From NCBI GenBank assembly GCA_028821235.1, contig JAPPGV010000081.1, positions 109,431 through 173,430 of the forward strand: a stretch of 64,000 bases of DNA, in the 5' to 3' direction. Source of the stretch: a bacterium. GTDB taxonomy: Bacteria > Actinomycetota > Acidimicrobiia > Spongiisociales > Spongiisociaceae. The first letter of the stretch is position 1. Every line of letters begins with the position of its first letter. The translations under genes were made by a program, and so were the position numbers. Under the pieces are notes generated by a model. It ran no database searches and was not told the origin of the DNA. It saw only the letters and a list, made by a program, of their open reading frames with translations. Of this stretch, positions 1 to 9,596 are shown in pieces.

Positions 1-263
1 TCGGCGTTGTTGGCCGCCAGGATCTGGGCAACCTCGGATGATCCTCCAGTGCCCTGCAGGCTCACATTGAGGCCCTCATCCTCGTAGTAACCGAGGCCTA
101 CGGCGATCCAGTAGCCGTAGCCGAACCCACTCGTCGTTGACAAGGCGAGGTTCACATCTCGGAGTTCCTCATCCTCCGCGCATGCAGCCCCGATCATGGC
201 CAGCACGATCGCAAGCGCCAGTACGACCGACCAGGGTCGGCTCCAGCGGGTAGTTGGTTTCAT
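1..263 (-). CDS. ABC transporter substrate-binding lipoprotein (NMT1/SsuA/TauA-like), 5' part only; gene runs off the window
   Basis: Not in the ORF track (open-ended). My reverse-strand translation from ATG at 263..261: MKPTTRWSRPWSVVLALAIVLAMIGAACAEDEELRDVNLALSTTSGFGYGYWIAVGLGYYEDEGLNVSLQG... It has a signal peptide with a lipobox-like IGAAC and a GGAGGAAGGG Shine-Dalgarno just upstream (266-275). It follows the permease and ATPase genes on the same strand. Confidence 0.7.
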   Translation of the reverse strand, partial: MKPTTRWSRPWSVVLALAIVLAMIGAACAEDEELRDVNLALSTTSGFGYGYWIAVGLGYYEDEGLNVSLQGTGGSSEVAQILAANNA

Positions 264-321
264 ATCCCTTCCTCCTTGTCCGGGCGAGCAGGTGCTCACC
301 ACGATTCTATATGGTGGCCCT

Positions 322-1194
322 TTAGGTGGCCTCTTCAAGATCAACATGCCAGAAAAGCAGCTTCCGCTCCAGCCATGCGGCCACCAGGAACAGCGCCAGG
401 CCGATCAGGGCCAGCATCAGCAGGTACGCGAACACATCGTCGCTGCGGAACTGGAAGGCCGCCGTCTCGATCAGGTGGCCGGCCCCCTCGTTGGTGGCGG
501 TCAACTCGCCCACAATGGCACCGATCAATGCGAAGGTGAGAGCCGCCTTGAGCCCGGCAAACACGGTCGGTACTGAGCTCGGGAGCCGTAGATGACGGAA
601 GGTCTGCCAACGGGTGGCTCTGAGAGATCTCATGAGCAGCCCCGCGTTCTCGTCGATCACCGTCAGCCCGGTGATGGTGTTGATCAGGACCGGGAAGAAG
701 CAGATCGTGGCCGCCAGCGCGATCTTGGAAGCGATTCCGAAGGCGAACCAGGCGATGAACACCGGAGCCAGGGCGACCCGGGGAGTCGACTGGAACAGGA
801 TGATGACCGGGTAGAACGCCTTCCTGAAGGTCGGCACCAGGGCTACGTAGGTACCCAGCAGGAATCCCCCGCCGGCGCCAATGACAAAACCGATAGCCGT
901 CTCCTGGAAGGTGACCCAGAAGTGCCACAGCACGAACCCGGTCGTTATAGCCTCGAAGAAGGCCGGGATTACCTCCGACGGTTTCGACAGCACGATCTCC
1001 GGCCAGAACGACAGACGGGTCCCGGTGATCGCCTCCCAACTGCTGAGAAGCTCCCAGATCAGGCAGATGGCGATCACAACCGAACCCGTCAGAAGGATCT
1101 GGGACCAGAACCCGCGGAAACGGGAGTCCGAGCCGGAGCCTGGCAGAGACCCCACCCCGAGCGTGTCGGCGTCGGACATGCTGTCGGTAGCCAA
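322..1194 (-). CDS. ABC transporter permease (NitT/TauT nitrate/sulfonate/bicarbonate family)
   Basis: 290 aa multi-TM protein with a binding-protein-dependent permease loop (LMRSLRATRWQTFRHLRLPSSVP). It sits 18 nt downstream of the ATPase gene. Confidence 0.85.
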   Translation of the reverse strand: MATDSMSDADTLGVGSLPGSGSDSRFRGFWSQILLTGSVVIAICLIWELLSSWEAITGTRLSFWPEIVLSKPSEVIPAFFEAITTGFVLWHFWVTFQETAIGFVIGAGGGFLLGTYVALVPTFRKAFYPVIILFQSTPRVALAPVFIAWFAFGIASKIALAATICFFPVLINTITGLTVIDENAGLLMRSLRATRWQTFRHLRLPSSVPTVFAGLKAALTFALIGAIVGELTATNEGAGHLIETAAFQFRSDDVFAYLLMLALIGLALFLVAAWLERKLLFWHVDLEEAT

Positions 1195-1212
1195 TCGAGA
1201 ACTCCTTCCGCT

Positions 1213-2019
1213 CTAGAAGAGACCGAGCACTTCGCGGATGTGGTTGACGGTCTCGGTGTACTCTGCCAACCGTCGAGAGCCCGGAACTCTCGGTCTGGGG
1301 AGGTCGACCTCCACCAGATCGAGTATCCGGCCGGGCTTGGTCCCCATCACGACCACCCGGTCCGATAGGAACACCGCCTCCCGGATGTTGTGGGTCACGA
1401 ACACCGTGGTCTTGTGCTCGTGCTCGGCGATACGCGCCAGTTCCGTATTGAGGTGCTCCCTGGTGAACTCGTCCAGGGACCCGAACGGCTCGTCGAGCAG
1501 CATCAGGTCCGGCTCCGAGACCAGCAGCCGGCACAGAGCCACCCGCTGCTGCATGCCACCCGATAGCTCCCGCGGGTAGTGCTGCTCGAATCCTTGCAGC
1601 CGGACCAGCTCGATCACGTCCGCGATCCGTTTCTCCCCGTCCGGCCCCATGGTGCCCTTGATCTCGAGTGGGAGGGAGATATTCCGGATCACGTTGCGCC
1701 ACGCGAAGAGGGTGGAGGTCTGGAACATCAGACCGATCTCCTCGCGGGGCTCCGTCACCGCGCTACCTCCGAGGGAGACGCTGCCCGCCGTCGGGTTGAG
1801 GAGGCCGGCGATGATCTTGAGGAGGGTGGACTTCCCGCATCCCGACGGCCCCACCAGGGTGAGGAACTCCCCCTGCCGGACGTCCATCGACAGGTCCTTC
1901 AGAGCCACCAGCGGCTCGCCGTCCTTCTCGAACACCCGGGTAATGCGATCCACGGCCAGCGCCGGGCTACGGCCCGGGATGTATCTGGGGGACGAGCCGG
2001 TAGTCGGCTCAGTTACCAC
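1213..2019 (-). CDS. ABC transporter ATP-binding protein (NitT/TauT family)
   Basis: Walker A GPSGCGKST, ABC signature LSGGMQQR, Walker B LMLLDEPF. Confidence 0.9.
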   Translation of the reverse strand: MVTEPTTGSSPRYIPGRSPALAVDRITRVFEKDGEPLVALKDLSMDVRQGEFLTLVGPSGCGKSTLLKIIAGLLNPTAGSVSLGGSAVTEPREEIGLMFQTSTLFAWRNVIRNISLPLEIKGTMGPDGEKRIADVIELVRLQGFEQHYPRELSGGMQQRVALCRLLVSEPDLMLLDEPFGSLDEFTREHLNTELARIAEHEHKTTVFVTHNIREAVFLSDRVVVMGTKPGRILDLVEVDLPRPRVPGSRRLAEYTETVNHIREVLGLF

Positions 2020-2105
2020 GCGTCATTCCTCTCATATCGCTGGGGATGGCGCTGTGATGCTAGTAGATCGGCCCGTCAGCTTCCCAAGCCGCGCCGTGAG
2101 TACGC

Positions 2106-3152
2106 TTGCTGCTCGTGGCAGTGTCCGTTCCTCCGGTGATGAGAGCGGCCGAGCTCGTCGAGGGCGGCGCGCTTCGGCTGGTGGAGCGCCCCGTTCCGGG
2201 AGTGCCGGACGGCTGGCTGCCGGTCCGGGTGAGGGCGGCCGGGGTGTGCGGGACCGAGCTCCATTTCCTGGAGGGGCTGCTGGACCCGATGGGCATCCCG
2301 CGGGTGCTCGGCCACGAGATCGCCGGAGAGGTAGACGGCCCTCGGGGTGGATCACCGGGCTCGCGGGCGGCCGTCTACAACGTGATGAACTGCGGTTCGT
2401 GCCGTTACTGCGACACGAACCGGGACCGGCTCTGCTCGCGTTCAAAGGGGATGATCGGGTTCACCGCCGACGGCGGCTTTGCCGAGTACGTGATAGTCCC
2501 TGAGAGAAACCTCGTTCCCCTGCCGGAGACCGTGACGTTCGAGGCGGGTGCGGTCCTGGCCTGTAGCGGGATGAGCGCCGTCCATGCGGTCCGGCTGGCG
2601 GGAATCGGGATCGGCGACCCTGTGGTGGTCAACGGCATCGGAGGAGTCGGACTGATGCTCACCCAGGTGGCGGCCCACGCCGGCGCCACCGTGCTGGCGG
2701 TGGCGGACGACCGGGCCAAGCTGGACCTGGCACAGAACCTCGGCGCCCGGGCCGGCCTCGTCATCGACGATCCGGACGGCTACGAGGCCCTTCCGGCGGA
2801 CGCGGCCCGGATGCTGGGTCGCGCGCCTGACGTGTTCTTCGAGGCCGTAGGGACCCGGGAGACGATGAGAGCCGGGTTCGGCTGCCTCGCTCCGGGCGGT
2901 TCCTTCGTCCAGATCGGGTACACGCGCCAGCCCCTGGACATCCACCCGGGAGCTCTCATCAAGAACGAACTCCGCATCCTCACCTCCGCCGCCGGCTCCA
3001 GGAGCGACCTGGAAACAGCCATCGCGCTGGCCGCACAAGGCCTGCTGAAGACCGTTATCGCCACCCGGACCGACCTTGACGGGCTGGAGGCTGCCATCCT
3101 CAGCCTGAAGGACCGCCGCGTCCTGGGCAGGAACGTGGTGACGTTCGCATGA
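2106..3152 (+). CDS. Zn-dependent alcohol dehydrogenase (MDR superfamily)
   Basis: GHEIAGEV catalytic-Zn motif, CGSCRYCDTNRDRLC structural-Zn cysteines, GIGGVG Rossmann motif. The true start may be the ATG at 2139 (MRAAELVEGG...). Confidence 0.85.
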   Translation: MLLVAVSVPPVMRAAELVEGGALRLVERPVPGVPDGWLPVRVRAAGVCGTELHFLEGLLDPMGIPRVLGHEIAGEVDGPRGGSPGSRAAVYNVMNCGSCRYCDTNRDRLCSRSKGMIGFTADGGFAEYVIVPERNLVPLPETVTFEAGAVLACSGMSAVHAVRLAGIGIGDPVVVNGIGGVGLMLTQVAAHAGATVLAVADDRAKLDLAQNLGARAGLVIDDPDGYEALPADAARMLGRAPDVFFEAVGTRETMRAGFGCLAPGGSFVQIGYTRQPLDIHPGALIKNELRILTSAAGSRSDLETAIALAAQGLLKTVIATRTDLDGLEAAILSLKDRRVLGRNVVTFA

Positions 3153-3214
3153 TCGGGCTTCGCACACTCCGTCGGCGCTGAACTACCCGGACCCCCAAGG
3201 AACCGGTACGCAAG

Positions 3215-4384
3215 TCAGGCGGGGGTCTGGCCCATGGACTCGAGCATGGCCGTGGCCGTCCGGTCGTTGATCGGCCGCGGCACCGGCTGCGGGCCGGGCC
3301 GGAAGTCGCCGGCGGACTTGGCCAGGACAGCCAGCGACCGGGCCTGCAGGGTAAGCCCGAGATCCATGGCCTCGATGGGGTTGCCGATACCCCCGGCGGC
3401 GGCCAGATTGACGATCCGGCCCTTGGCGAGCAAGAACACGGTGCGGCCCCCGGCCAACTCGTGGGCGTACAGCGAGGGGGATACCAACTCTCCGGGTGCT
3501 TCACGCTCCAGGCGGACCACGTCGATCTCGGCGTCGGTGTGGCCGGCGTTGGCCAGCAGAGCTCCGTCGGGCATCGTCTCGATCAACTCGTAGCCCACCA
3601 CCTGCTCGCGCCCCGTGGCGGTGATGACCACATCGGCGCTCCCGACCGCACCAGGCGGAGTATCCACGTCGAAACCGTCCATGGCGGCCTCCAACGCCTT
3701 GACCGGATCGGGCTCCACCGTTACTACATCGGCGCCCCGGTGGCGGGCATACAGCGCGATGCCCCGACCGCACCATCCGTATCCGAACACCACCACCCGC
3801 TTCTTATGAAACGACATGTTGGTGGCCCGCACGATCGCGTCCACCACGGACTCCCCCACGCCGTGCTTGTTCTCCACGATCGCCTTCAGCGGGCTGTCGT
3901 TGATCACGATGACCGGGAATCCCACCGCCCCGGCCAAGCTCTCCCGCAGCCGGAAGGCCCCCGAAGTGGTCTCCTCGGTGGCGCCTTTCGGCGACCGGCC
4001 CGCTCGTACGCACGCCTCTATCAACTCGGCGCCGTTATCCAGCACCAGATCGGGGCGGGCCGCGGCGATCCGGCCGAGATGATTCCCGACCGCGTCCCTA
4101 CCGTCGCCCGGACGGTCGAGCACCTCACAGCCCCGATCGGCCAGCGCCTCGGCGGTACCGAACTGGGTAGTGCCCTCATTGCCCATCGCCACCACCCGGG
4201 CGCCGCCGGCCAGCAGGCCCTCGACCAGCACCGCCGTCTTGGGCTCCAGATGGAGACGGAAGCCGATCGTCAGCCCGTCGAACACCCGCCGCTGTCCCAG
4301 CTCGGCCAGCGCCGCCGCCAGCACCGGCATGCGCCTCCTAGCCCAAGCGATCCGGCCTTCGGCCACCGCCCGCTCACTCACCAC
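3215..4384 (-). CDS. Adenosylhomocysteinase-family protein (short, 389 aa)
   Basis: Similar to SAH hydrolase throughout: ETTSGAFRL, NDSPLK..ENKHG, and the NAD-binding VVVFGYGWCGRGIA. Confidence 0.7.
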   Translation of the reverse strand: MVSERAVAEGRIAWARRRMPVLAAALAELGQRRVFDGLTIGFRLHLEPKTAVLVEGLLAGGARVVAMGNEGTTQFGTAEALADRGCEVLDRPGDGRDAVGNHLGRIAAARPDLVLDNGAELIEACVRAGRSPKGATEETTSGAFRLRESLAGAVGFPVIVINDSPLKAIVENKHGVGESVVDAIVRATNMSFHKKRVVVFGYGWCGRGIALYARHRGADVVTVEPDPVKALEAAMDGFDVDTPPGAVGSADVVITATGREQVVGYELIETMPDGALLANAGHTDAEIDVVRLEREAPGELVSPSLYAHELAGGRTVFLLAKGRIVNLAAAGGIGNPIEAMDLGLTLQARSLAVLAKSAGDFRPGPQPVPRPINDRTATAMLESMGQTPA

Positions 4385-4470
4385 CCGAATACTCCTCCGC
4401 CGGCATCCCCGACTTCCGCGAACCCGCTCTGGCCGCCAGGCGATCTCCTTCCCTCGCTACGGGCGGGAAT

Positions 4471-4848
4471 TCAGGAGGGGATCACCGCTACGAGGTCGAT
4501 CTCGACCATGATGCCGTGGAGGTTGCTGCCCACGGTGGTGCGGACCGGCTTGGGATCGCCGAAGCGCCGCTCGTACACCCGGTTGAACGCGGCGAAGTCA
4601 GCGAGGTCCTGAAGATGGACCGTCGCCTTCACGGCATGGTCGAGGCTGGAGCCCGCTTCCTCGAGAACCGCGCTCAGGTTGTCGATGGTCAACTCCGTCT
4701 GCGCTTCGATCGTGTCGCCGACGATCCGGCCTGTATCCGGGTGGATCGGTCCCATCCCTGCTGTGAATACAAGGTTGCCGACCCGCATGCCCTGCGAGTA
4801 CGGACCTAACGGCGCTGACGCGGCATCGGTGCGGATTTCTTCTTTCAT
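4471..4848 (-). CDS. RidA/YjgF/Endoribonuclease L-PSP family reactive-intermediate deaminase
   Basis: 125 aa; APLGPYSQG...VFTAG...IVGD..EAQT typical of RidA. Lies upstream of, and co-oriented with, the SAHH-like gene. Confidence 0.85.
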   Translation of the reverse strand: MKEEIRTDAASAPLGPYSQGMRVGNLVFTAGMGPIHPDTGRIVGDTIEAQTELTIDNLSAVLEEAGSSLDHAVKATVHLQDLADFAAFNRVYERRFGDPKPVRTTVGSNLHGIMVEIDLVAVIPS

Positions 4849-4963
4849 ATCTGTTCGGTCACTCCCGCGATTCGGTTACTGCGATCGGCTGATGTCCCCC
4901 TACGGGAATCACGGTACCAGTCCCCGGTGTTGCTGCTCCCTCAGCACGGCACGCCTCAACCTG

Positions 4964-5067
4964 TAGGAGGGTGCTGAAAAAGACGGGGATAGCTTGGCCC
5001 GCGATGCTGTGACCGGGGGTCTATTGCTGGGCATCGGGCCAACGGGACATTTCTCAGTACCCTCCTA
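4964..5067. repeat. About 104-nt rod-like imperfect palindrome in the divergent intergenic region
   Basis: Outer arms TAGGAGGGTGCTGAAAAA (4964-4981) and TTTCTCAGTACCCTCCTA (5050-5067) are reverse complements at 16 of 18 positions. The inner arms TTGGCCCGCGATGC / GCATCGGGCCAA also pair. Confidence 0.6.
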
Positions 5068-5138
5068 GGACAGGTGACCGCCGGGGACGTGGTGGCATGC
5101 CTCTTCCATTGGCCCCACCATCACGATATGATGGCCCC

Positions 5139-5498
5139 ATGACCACTAAGACAAGGTATTACAACGCTACCGGACGGGAATTCCTCACCAAGGCCCGAGC
5201 CCACCTGGCCGAAGACGACCTCTTACAGGCCTCGGAGAAAGGCTGGGGTGCTGCTGCCCAGATGGTCAAGAGCGTCGCCGAGGCCGGGGGTTGGCCCCAC
5301 AACGGCCATCACGAACTCTGGCGGGCGGTCAACCTAATCGTCGACCAGACCGGGGATCGCGACATCAGAACCGCCTTCGCAGCGGCCGCAGCCCTGCACA
5401 CGAACTTCTACGAAGGCTGGCTGCCACGCGAGACCGTCGAGGACTACCTCGCCCAGGTCGACGAACTGGTGTCGAAGCTGAAGGGTCTTACTTCCTAG
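5139..5498 (+). CDS. PaREP1/HEPN-like helical protein (orphan)
   Basis: MTTKTRYYNATGREFLTKARAHLAEDDLLQASEKGWGAAAQMVKSVAEA... resembles the PaREP1-type HEPN-like family (ASEK.WGAA core). The ORF-track start at 5097 is also possible. Confidence 0.45.
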   Translation: MTTKTRYYNATGREFLTKARAHLAEDDLLQASEKGWGAAAQMVKSVAEAGGWPHNGHHELWRAVNLIVDQTGDRDIRTAFAAAAALHTNFYEGWLPRETVEDYLAQVDELVSKLKGLTS

Positions 5499-5514
5499 CC
5501 GCGACGGATCGGCC

Positions 5515-7041
5515 TCAGCCGAGCGGACCGGTCGCGGCCTCGACCGCAGCCACCAGGGCCTCGTCCAGGAGAAGCTCCTCGGCCTCCCGGAGCTCCGGCG
5601 ACAGGATGCGATCGGGACCTGCCCCGGGCACGCGGCTTCTCAGCAGCCGGATCGCGGCCGCGGTGCCGGCCGCCGGTTCGAGCGGCGCCCGCAGGTCGAC
5701 GGACCGCGCCGCCGTGACCCACTCGACGGCGAGGATCCGGCGCAGGTTCGCAATGACCACGCGGAGCTTGCGGGCCGCGGACCATCCCATCGACACGTGG
5801 TCCTCCTGCATGGCGGAGGTGGGATATGAGTCGACCGAGGCGGGGGCGGCGAGGCGGCGGTTCTCGGCGCACATGGCGGCCACGGTGTACTGGCCGATCA
5901 TGAGGCCGCTGTCGACACCGGGATCGTCGGCGAGGAACGGCGGGAGCCCGTGGGAGCGGTTGTGATCCAGCAGCCGGTCGAGCCGTCTCTCGGCGACGGC
6001 GCCCACCTCTGCCAGGGCGACGGCCAGGTAGTCGGCCGCGAGCGCGACCGGCGCCCCGTGGAAGTTCCCGCAGGACTCGACGCGACCGTCGGGAAGGACC
6101 ATCGGGTTGTCGATGGCCGAAGCCAGCTCGCGGTCGGTCACCTCCGTAACGAAGGCGAGGGTGTCGCGGGCCGCACCGTGGACCTGGGGCGTGCACCGAA
6201 TCGAGTAGGCGTCCTGGACCTGCAGGTCGCCGCGGCGGTGGCTGGCGACGATCGGTGACCCGGCCAGGACGGCCCGGAGATTGGCGGCACTGGCAGCCTG
6301 GCCGGGGTGGGGCCTCAACGCCTGGAGGTCAGCGGCGTAGGCGCGGTCGGTCGCCAGAAGACCCTCTACGCTGAGCGCCGCCACGATGTCGGCGGCGGCC
6401 AGCAGGTACGAGGCATCGTGAACGGCCAGGCAGAGCATCCCGAGCATCCCGTCCGTGCCGTTGGTGAGGGCCAGGCCCTCCTTCTCGGCGAGGACCACGG
6501 GCGCGATGCCGTTGCGGGCGAGGGCGGCGGTGGCCGCCTCTACCCCTCCGCCGGTCATCACCTCGCCCTCGCCGATGAGGACGAGCCCTACGTGGGCCAG
6601 GGGGGCCAGATCCCCGCTGGCGCCCAGCGAGCCGTGTTCCGGCACCTTGGGAACGATCCCGGCGTTCAGCAGGCTTACCAGCCCCTCCGCGACCAGCGGC
6701 CGCGCCCCCGAATACCCGAGTGCCAGGGTCCGCGCCCGCAGGAACATCATGGCCCTGACCACTTCGGCCTCCGCCGGTGGTCCCATCCCCGCGGCGTGGG
6801 AACGGATCAGCGAGCGTTGCAGGTCGGCCCTCCGCCCCGTCGGGATGGCGGTGGTGGCCAGGGCGCCGAAACCGGTGGTGATCCCGTAGGCCGGGTCACC
6901 TTCGGCCAGTTGCTCCACTACGGAGCGGGCAGCCTTCATGCGCTCCAGGGCGCCATCCGTGAGACGGACTCTCTCGCCCCGGCGGGCAACCCCGACCACT
7001 TCCGGGACCGTCACTCCGGGACCCTCGAGCATGACTGTCAA
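5515..7041 (-). CDS. hutH: Histidine ammonia-lyase
   Basis: 508 aa with the MIO-forming GASGDLAPLAH motif. The start overlaps the stop of the upstream IclR gene by 4 nt. Confidence 0.93.
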   Translation of the reverse strand: MTVMLEGPGVTVPEVVGVARRGERVRLTDGALERMKAARSVVEQLAEGDPAYGITTGFGALATTAIPTGRRADLQRSLIRSHAAGMGPPAEAEVVRAMMFLRARTLALGYSGARPLVAEGLVSLLNAGIVPKVPEHGSLGASGDLAPLAHVGLVLIGEGEVMTGGGVEAATAALARNGIAPVVLAEKEGLALTNGTDGMLGMLCLAVHDASYLLAAADIVAALSVEGLLATDRAYAADLQALRPHPGQAASAANLRAVLAGSPIVASHRRGDLQVQDAYSIRCTPQVHGAARDTLAFVTEVTDRELASAIDNPMVLPDGRVESCGNFHGAPVALAADYLAVALAEVGAVAERRLDRLLDHNRSHGLPPFLADDPGVDSGLMIGQYTVAAMCAENRRLAAPASVDSYPTSAMQEDHVSMGWSAARKLRVVIANLRRILAVEWVTAARSVDLRAPLEPAAGTAAAIRLLRSRVPGAGPDRILSPELREAEELLLDEALVAAVEAATGPLG

Positions 7042-7820
7042 CCCGGCACCGCCAGTCGCGGAAAGAGCGCCAGGGAGGTCATTCGCGCCGCGTCCACCAC
7101 GGCCTCGGCGGTCAGGTCCAGGCGCTCACCCACCAACCTCTCCGCCGGTCCGAGGACCGAGAAGGCGCCCACGACCCCCACCGATCCATGGATGGGCGCC
7201 ACCACCGCGGTCACATCGGGTTCGATGGCGCCCGTGTTGAAGAACGGGACGGGGGGCCGGCCCGGATTCGCCACCTCGTTTGTCAGCGCCTCCCCCAGCG
7301 CCGTTCCTTCCACGGGCACCGACCTACCCACCCATCCGACGTGGCGGATCGCTCTGCGACTCTCGACCGTCGCGATGTAGACGGCCTCGCTTCCATCCCT
7401 GACCGCCAGGTAGGCGGACTCCTCGGTTACCTCGGCCAGGCGCTGCAGGGCCGGCTGGGCCGCCGCCGTGAGCCGGGCGTAGGGGCCCGATTGGAAGGCG
7501 GCCAGGGCGACCCGTACGAAGCTCGGCCCCACCGAGTACCTGCCGAGATCGTCCCGGACCAGGTAGCCGCGGCCGGTCAGGACCCGCAGGTGGCGCAGGG
7601 CCGTGCTCACCGGTATGCCGGTGGCCTCGGCCGCCTCGGTCAAACCGACCGCCCCTCCGGTCACGACCGCATCGAGCAGGCTCAGAACCCTCTCCGCCGA
7701 GCGTGATGCATGAAGCGTCGACCCGGATCCGCGCGAGGACCGAGCGGAGGTCGCGGCCACCCGATCCTGAGACTCTGCTGCTTGCCGGAGTTTCATTATC
7801 TGAAATCTCTTTCTGTTCAT
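7038..7820 (-). CDS. IclR-family transcriptional regulator (likely hut regulator)
   Basis: N-terminal wHTH (SAERVLSLLDAV...LTEAAEATGIPVSTALRHLRVL) followed by an IclR effector domain. The start may be the ATG at 7796, because the first codons fall in an AT-rich promoter-like stretch. Confidence 0.85.
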   Translation of the reverse strand: MNRKRFQIMKLRQAAESQDRVAATSARSSRGSGSTLHASRSAERVLSLLDAVVTGGAVGLTEAAEATGIPVSTALRHLRVLTGRGYLVRDDLGRYSVGPSFVRVALAAFQSGPYARLTAAAQPALQRLAEVTEESAYLAVRDGSEAVYIATVESRRAIRHVGWVGRSVPVEGTALGEALTNEVANPGRPPVPFFNTGAIEPDVTAVVAPIHGSVGVVGAFSVLGPAERLVGERLDLTAEAVVDAARMTSLALFPRLAVPG

Positions 7821-7904
7821 TGACAGGATAGAGCCGGATCAGGTATTATTCAAGGAGCAGTTCGCCCTGCGAGAACCTATCACTTCGGATCGGCGAGGTC
7901 TGCG

Positions 7905-9596
7905 ATGACGGCAATCAGGCACCCCGGTTCAGGCCCGCCGGTGGGAGGTGTCCGCGCCCCGACCGGAACCGACCTGACCTGTCGCGGCTGGCCGCAGGAA
8001 GCAGCCTTCCGCATGCTCCAGAACAACCTCGACCCCGAGGTGGCGGAACGTCCGGACGACCTGGTGGTGTACGGAGGTACCGGACGGGCCGCCCGATCAT
8101 GGGACGCCTACCACGCCATGATCCGGACGCTCACCACCCTCGCCCATGACGAGACGATGCTCGTCCAGTCGGGCAAGCCGGTCGGAGTCCTCCGCACCCA
8201 TGAATGGGCGCCCCGGGTGCTGATCGCCAACTCCAACCTCGTTCCCGACTGGGCCCACTGGGACGAGTTCCGCCGCCTGGAACACCTCGGGTTGACGATG
8301 TTCGGGCAGATGACGGCCGGCTCCTGGATCTACATCGGGACCCAGGGCATCCTGCAGGGCACCTACGAGTGCTTCGCCGCCATCGCCCGGAAACGGTTCG
8401 GGGGCACCCTGGCGGGCACCCTCACCATCACAGCCGGTCTGGGAGGAATGGGCGGCGCCCAACCTCTGGCGATCACCATGAACGGGGGCGTGGCCCTATG
8501 CATAGAGGTAGACCCCGACCGGGCAGAGCGCCGTCTCGAGACCCGTTACCTGGACGTTGTCGCCGACGGTTACACGGACGCCCTCCGCCGCTGCGCGGAG
8601 GCGGTGGCCGCCCGCCGGCCGCTCTCGGTGGGGCTGGTCGGCAACGCGGCGGAACTGCTGCCCCGCCTCCTGGCGGATGGAGTCGCCGCCGACATCGTCA
8701 CCGATCAGACACCGGCCCACGACCCGCTGGCCTACATCCCCGACGGCCTGTCCCTCGAGGAGGCCGACGAGCTCCGGGAGGCCAAACCGGACGAGTACAC
8801 CACCCGGTCTCGAGCCGCCATGGCCACCCATGTCGAGGCGATGGTCGGATTCCTCGACTCCGGGGGGGAGGTGTTCGACTACGGCAACAGCCTGCGGGCC
8901 GAGGCCGATCTCGGCGGGTACGACCGGGCGTTCGCCTATCCGGGATTCCTGCCCGCCTACATCCGCCCGCTGTTCTGCGAGGGCAAGGGACCGTTCCGCT
9001 GGGTGGCCCTGTCAGGCGACCCGGCCGACATCGCGGCCACCGACCGGGCCGTCCTCGAGGAGTTCCCCGACGACGAGGGCCTGCGGCGCTGGATCACGCT
9101 GGCCGGGGAACGGGTCGCCTTCCAGGGGCTCCCCGCCCGGATCTGCTGGCTGGGCTACGGCGAGCGCCACCGGCTGGGACTGCGGTTCAACGACATGGTG
9201 CGGTCAGGAGAGCTGAAGGCCCCCATCGTGATCGGGAGGGATCACCTCGACTCCGGATCGGTCGCCTCGCCGTACCGCGAGACCGAGGATATGGCGGACG
9301 GCAGCGATGCCATCGCCGACTGGCCCCTCCTCAACGCGCTGGTCAACACGGCGTCGGGGGCATCGTGGGTCAGCATCCATCATGGAGGAGGGGTGGGAAT
9401 CGGCCGCTCTATCCATGCCGGCCAGGTGTGCCTGGCCGACGGCACCGATCTGGGGGCGCGAAAGCTGGAACGCGTGCTCCTCAACGATCCGGCCACCGGC
9501 GTCATCAGGCATGCGGACGCCGGTTACGGACTGGCCACCCGAGTTGCCGCCGATCGGGGGGTGCGCATCCCGATGGCGGAAACGGGTGACGCGTAA
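7905..9596 (+). CDS. hutU: Urocanate hydratase
   Basis: 563 aa, urocanase-like throughout, with [15 protein letters not shown] motif. Confidence 0.93.
   Translation: MTAIRHPGSGPPVGGVRAPTGTDLTCRGWPQEAAFRMLQNNLDPEVAERPDDLVVYGGTGRAARSWDAYHAMIRTLTTLAHDETMLVQSGKPVGVLRTHEWAPRVLIANSNLVPDWAHWDEFRRLEHLGLTMFGQMTAGSWIYIGTQGILQGTYECFAAIARKRFGGTLAGTLTITAGLGGMGGAQPLAITMNGGVALCIEVDPDRAERRLETRYLDVVADGYTDALRRCAEAVAARRPLSVGLVGNAAELLPRLLADGVAADIVTDQTPAHDPLAYIPDGLSLEEADELREAKPDEYTTRSRAAMATHVEAMVGFLDSGGEVFDYGNSLRAEADLGGYDRAFAYPGFLPAYIRPLFCEGKGPFRWVALSGDPADIAATDRAVLEEFPDDEGLRRWITLAGERVAFQGLPARICWLGYGERHRLGLRFNDMVRSGELKAPIVIGRDHLDSGSVASPYRETEDMADGSDAIADWPLLNALVNTASGASWVSIHHGGGVGIGRSIHAGQVCLADGTDLGARKLERVLLNDPATGVIRHADAGYGLATRVAADRGVRIPMAETGDA

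Noticed and set aside
341-1702. 453-aa minus-strand ORF spanning the permease and ATPase genes
   Set aside because: It is out of frame with two well-supported ABC transporter genes on the same strand. The translation is Arg/Gly/Pro-rich and low in complexity, typical of alternative-frame ORFs in high-GC DNA.
3461-4612. 383-aa plus-strand ORF antisense to the SAHH-like gene
   Set aside because: It is a shadow ORF opposite a gene with clear family motifs. It has no motifs of its own and an Arg/His/Pro/Gly-rich composition.
4849-4963. SAH riboswitch upstream of the ridA/SAHH-like operon
   Set aside because: The minus-strand leader lacks the conserved SAH-element core (GAGGAGCGCUGCGAC ... CAGGCUCGG ... 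AACGGCGCUCAC). Only a small GCTG-AGGGA-CAGC hairpin is present.
8204-9589. 461-aa ORF in an alternative frame of hutU
   Set aside because: It lies entirely inside urocanate hydratase, and the product is a run of Arg/Pro/Gly. This is a high-GC frame artefact.
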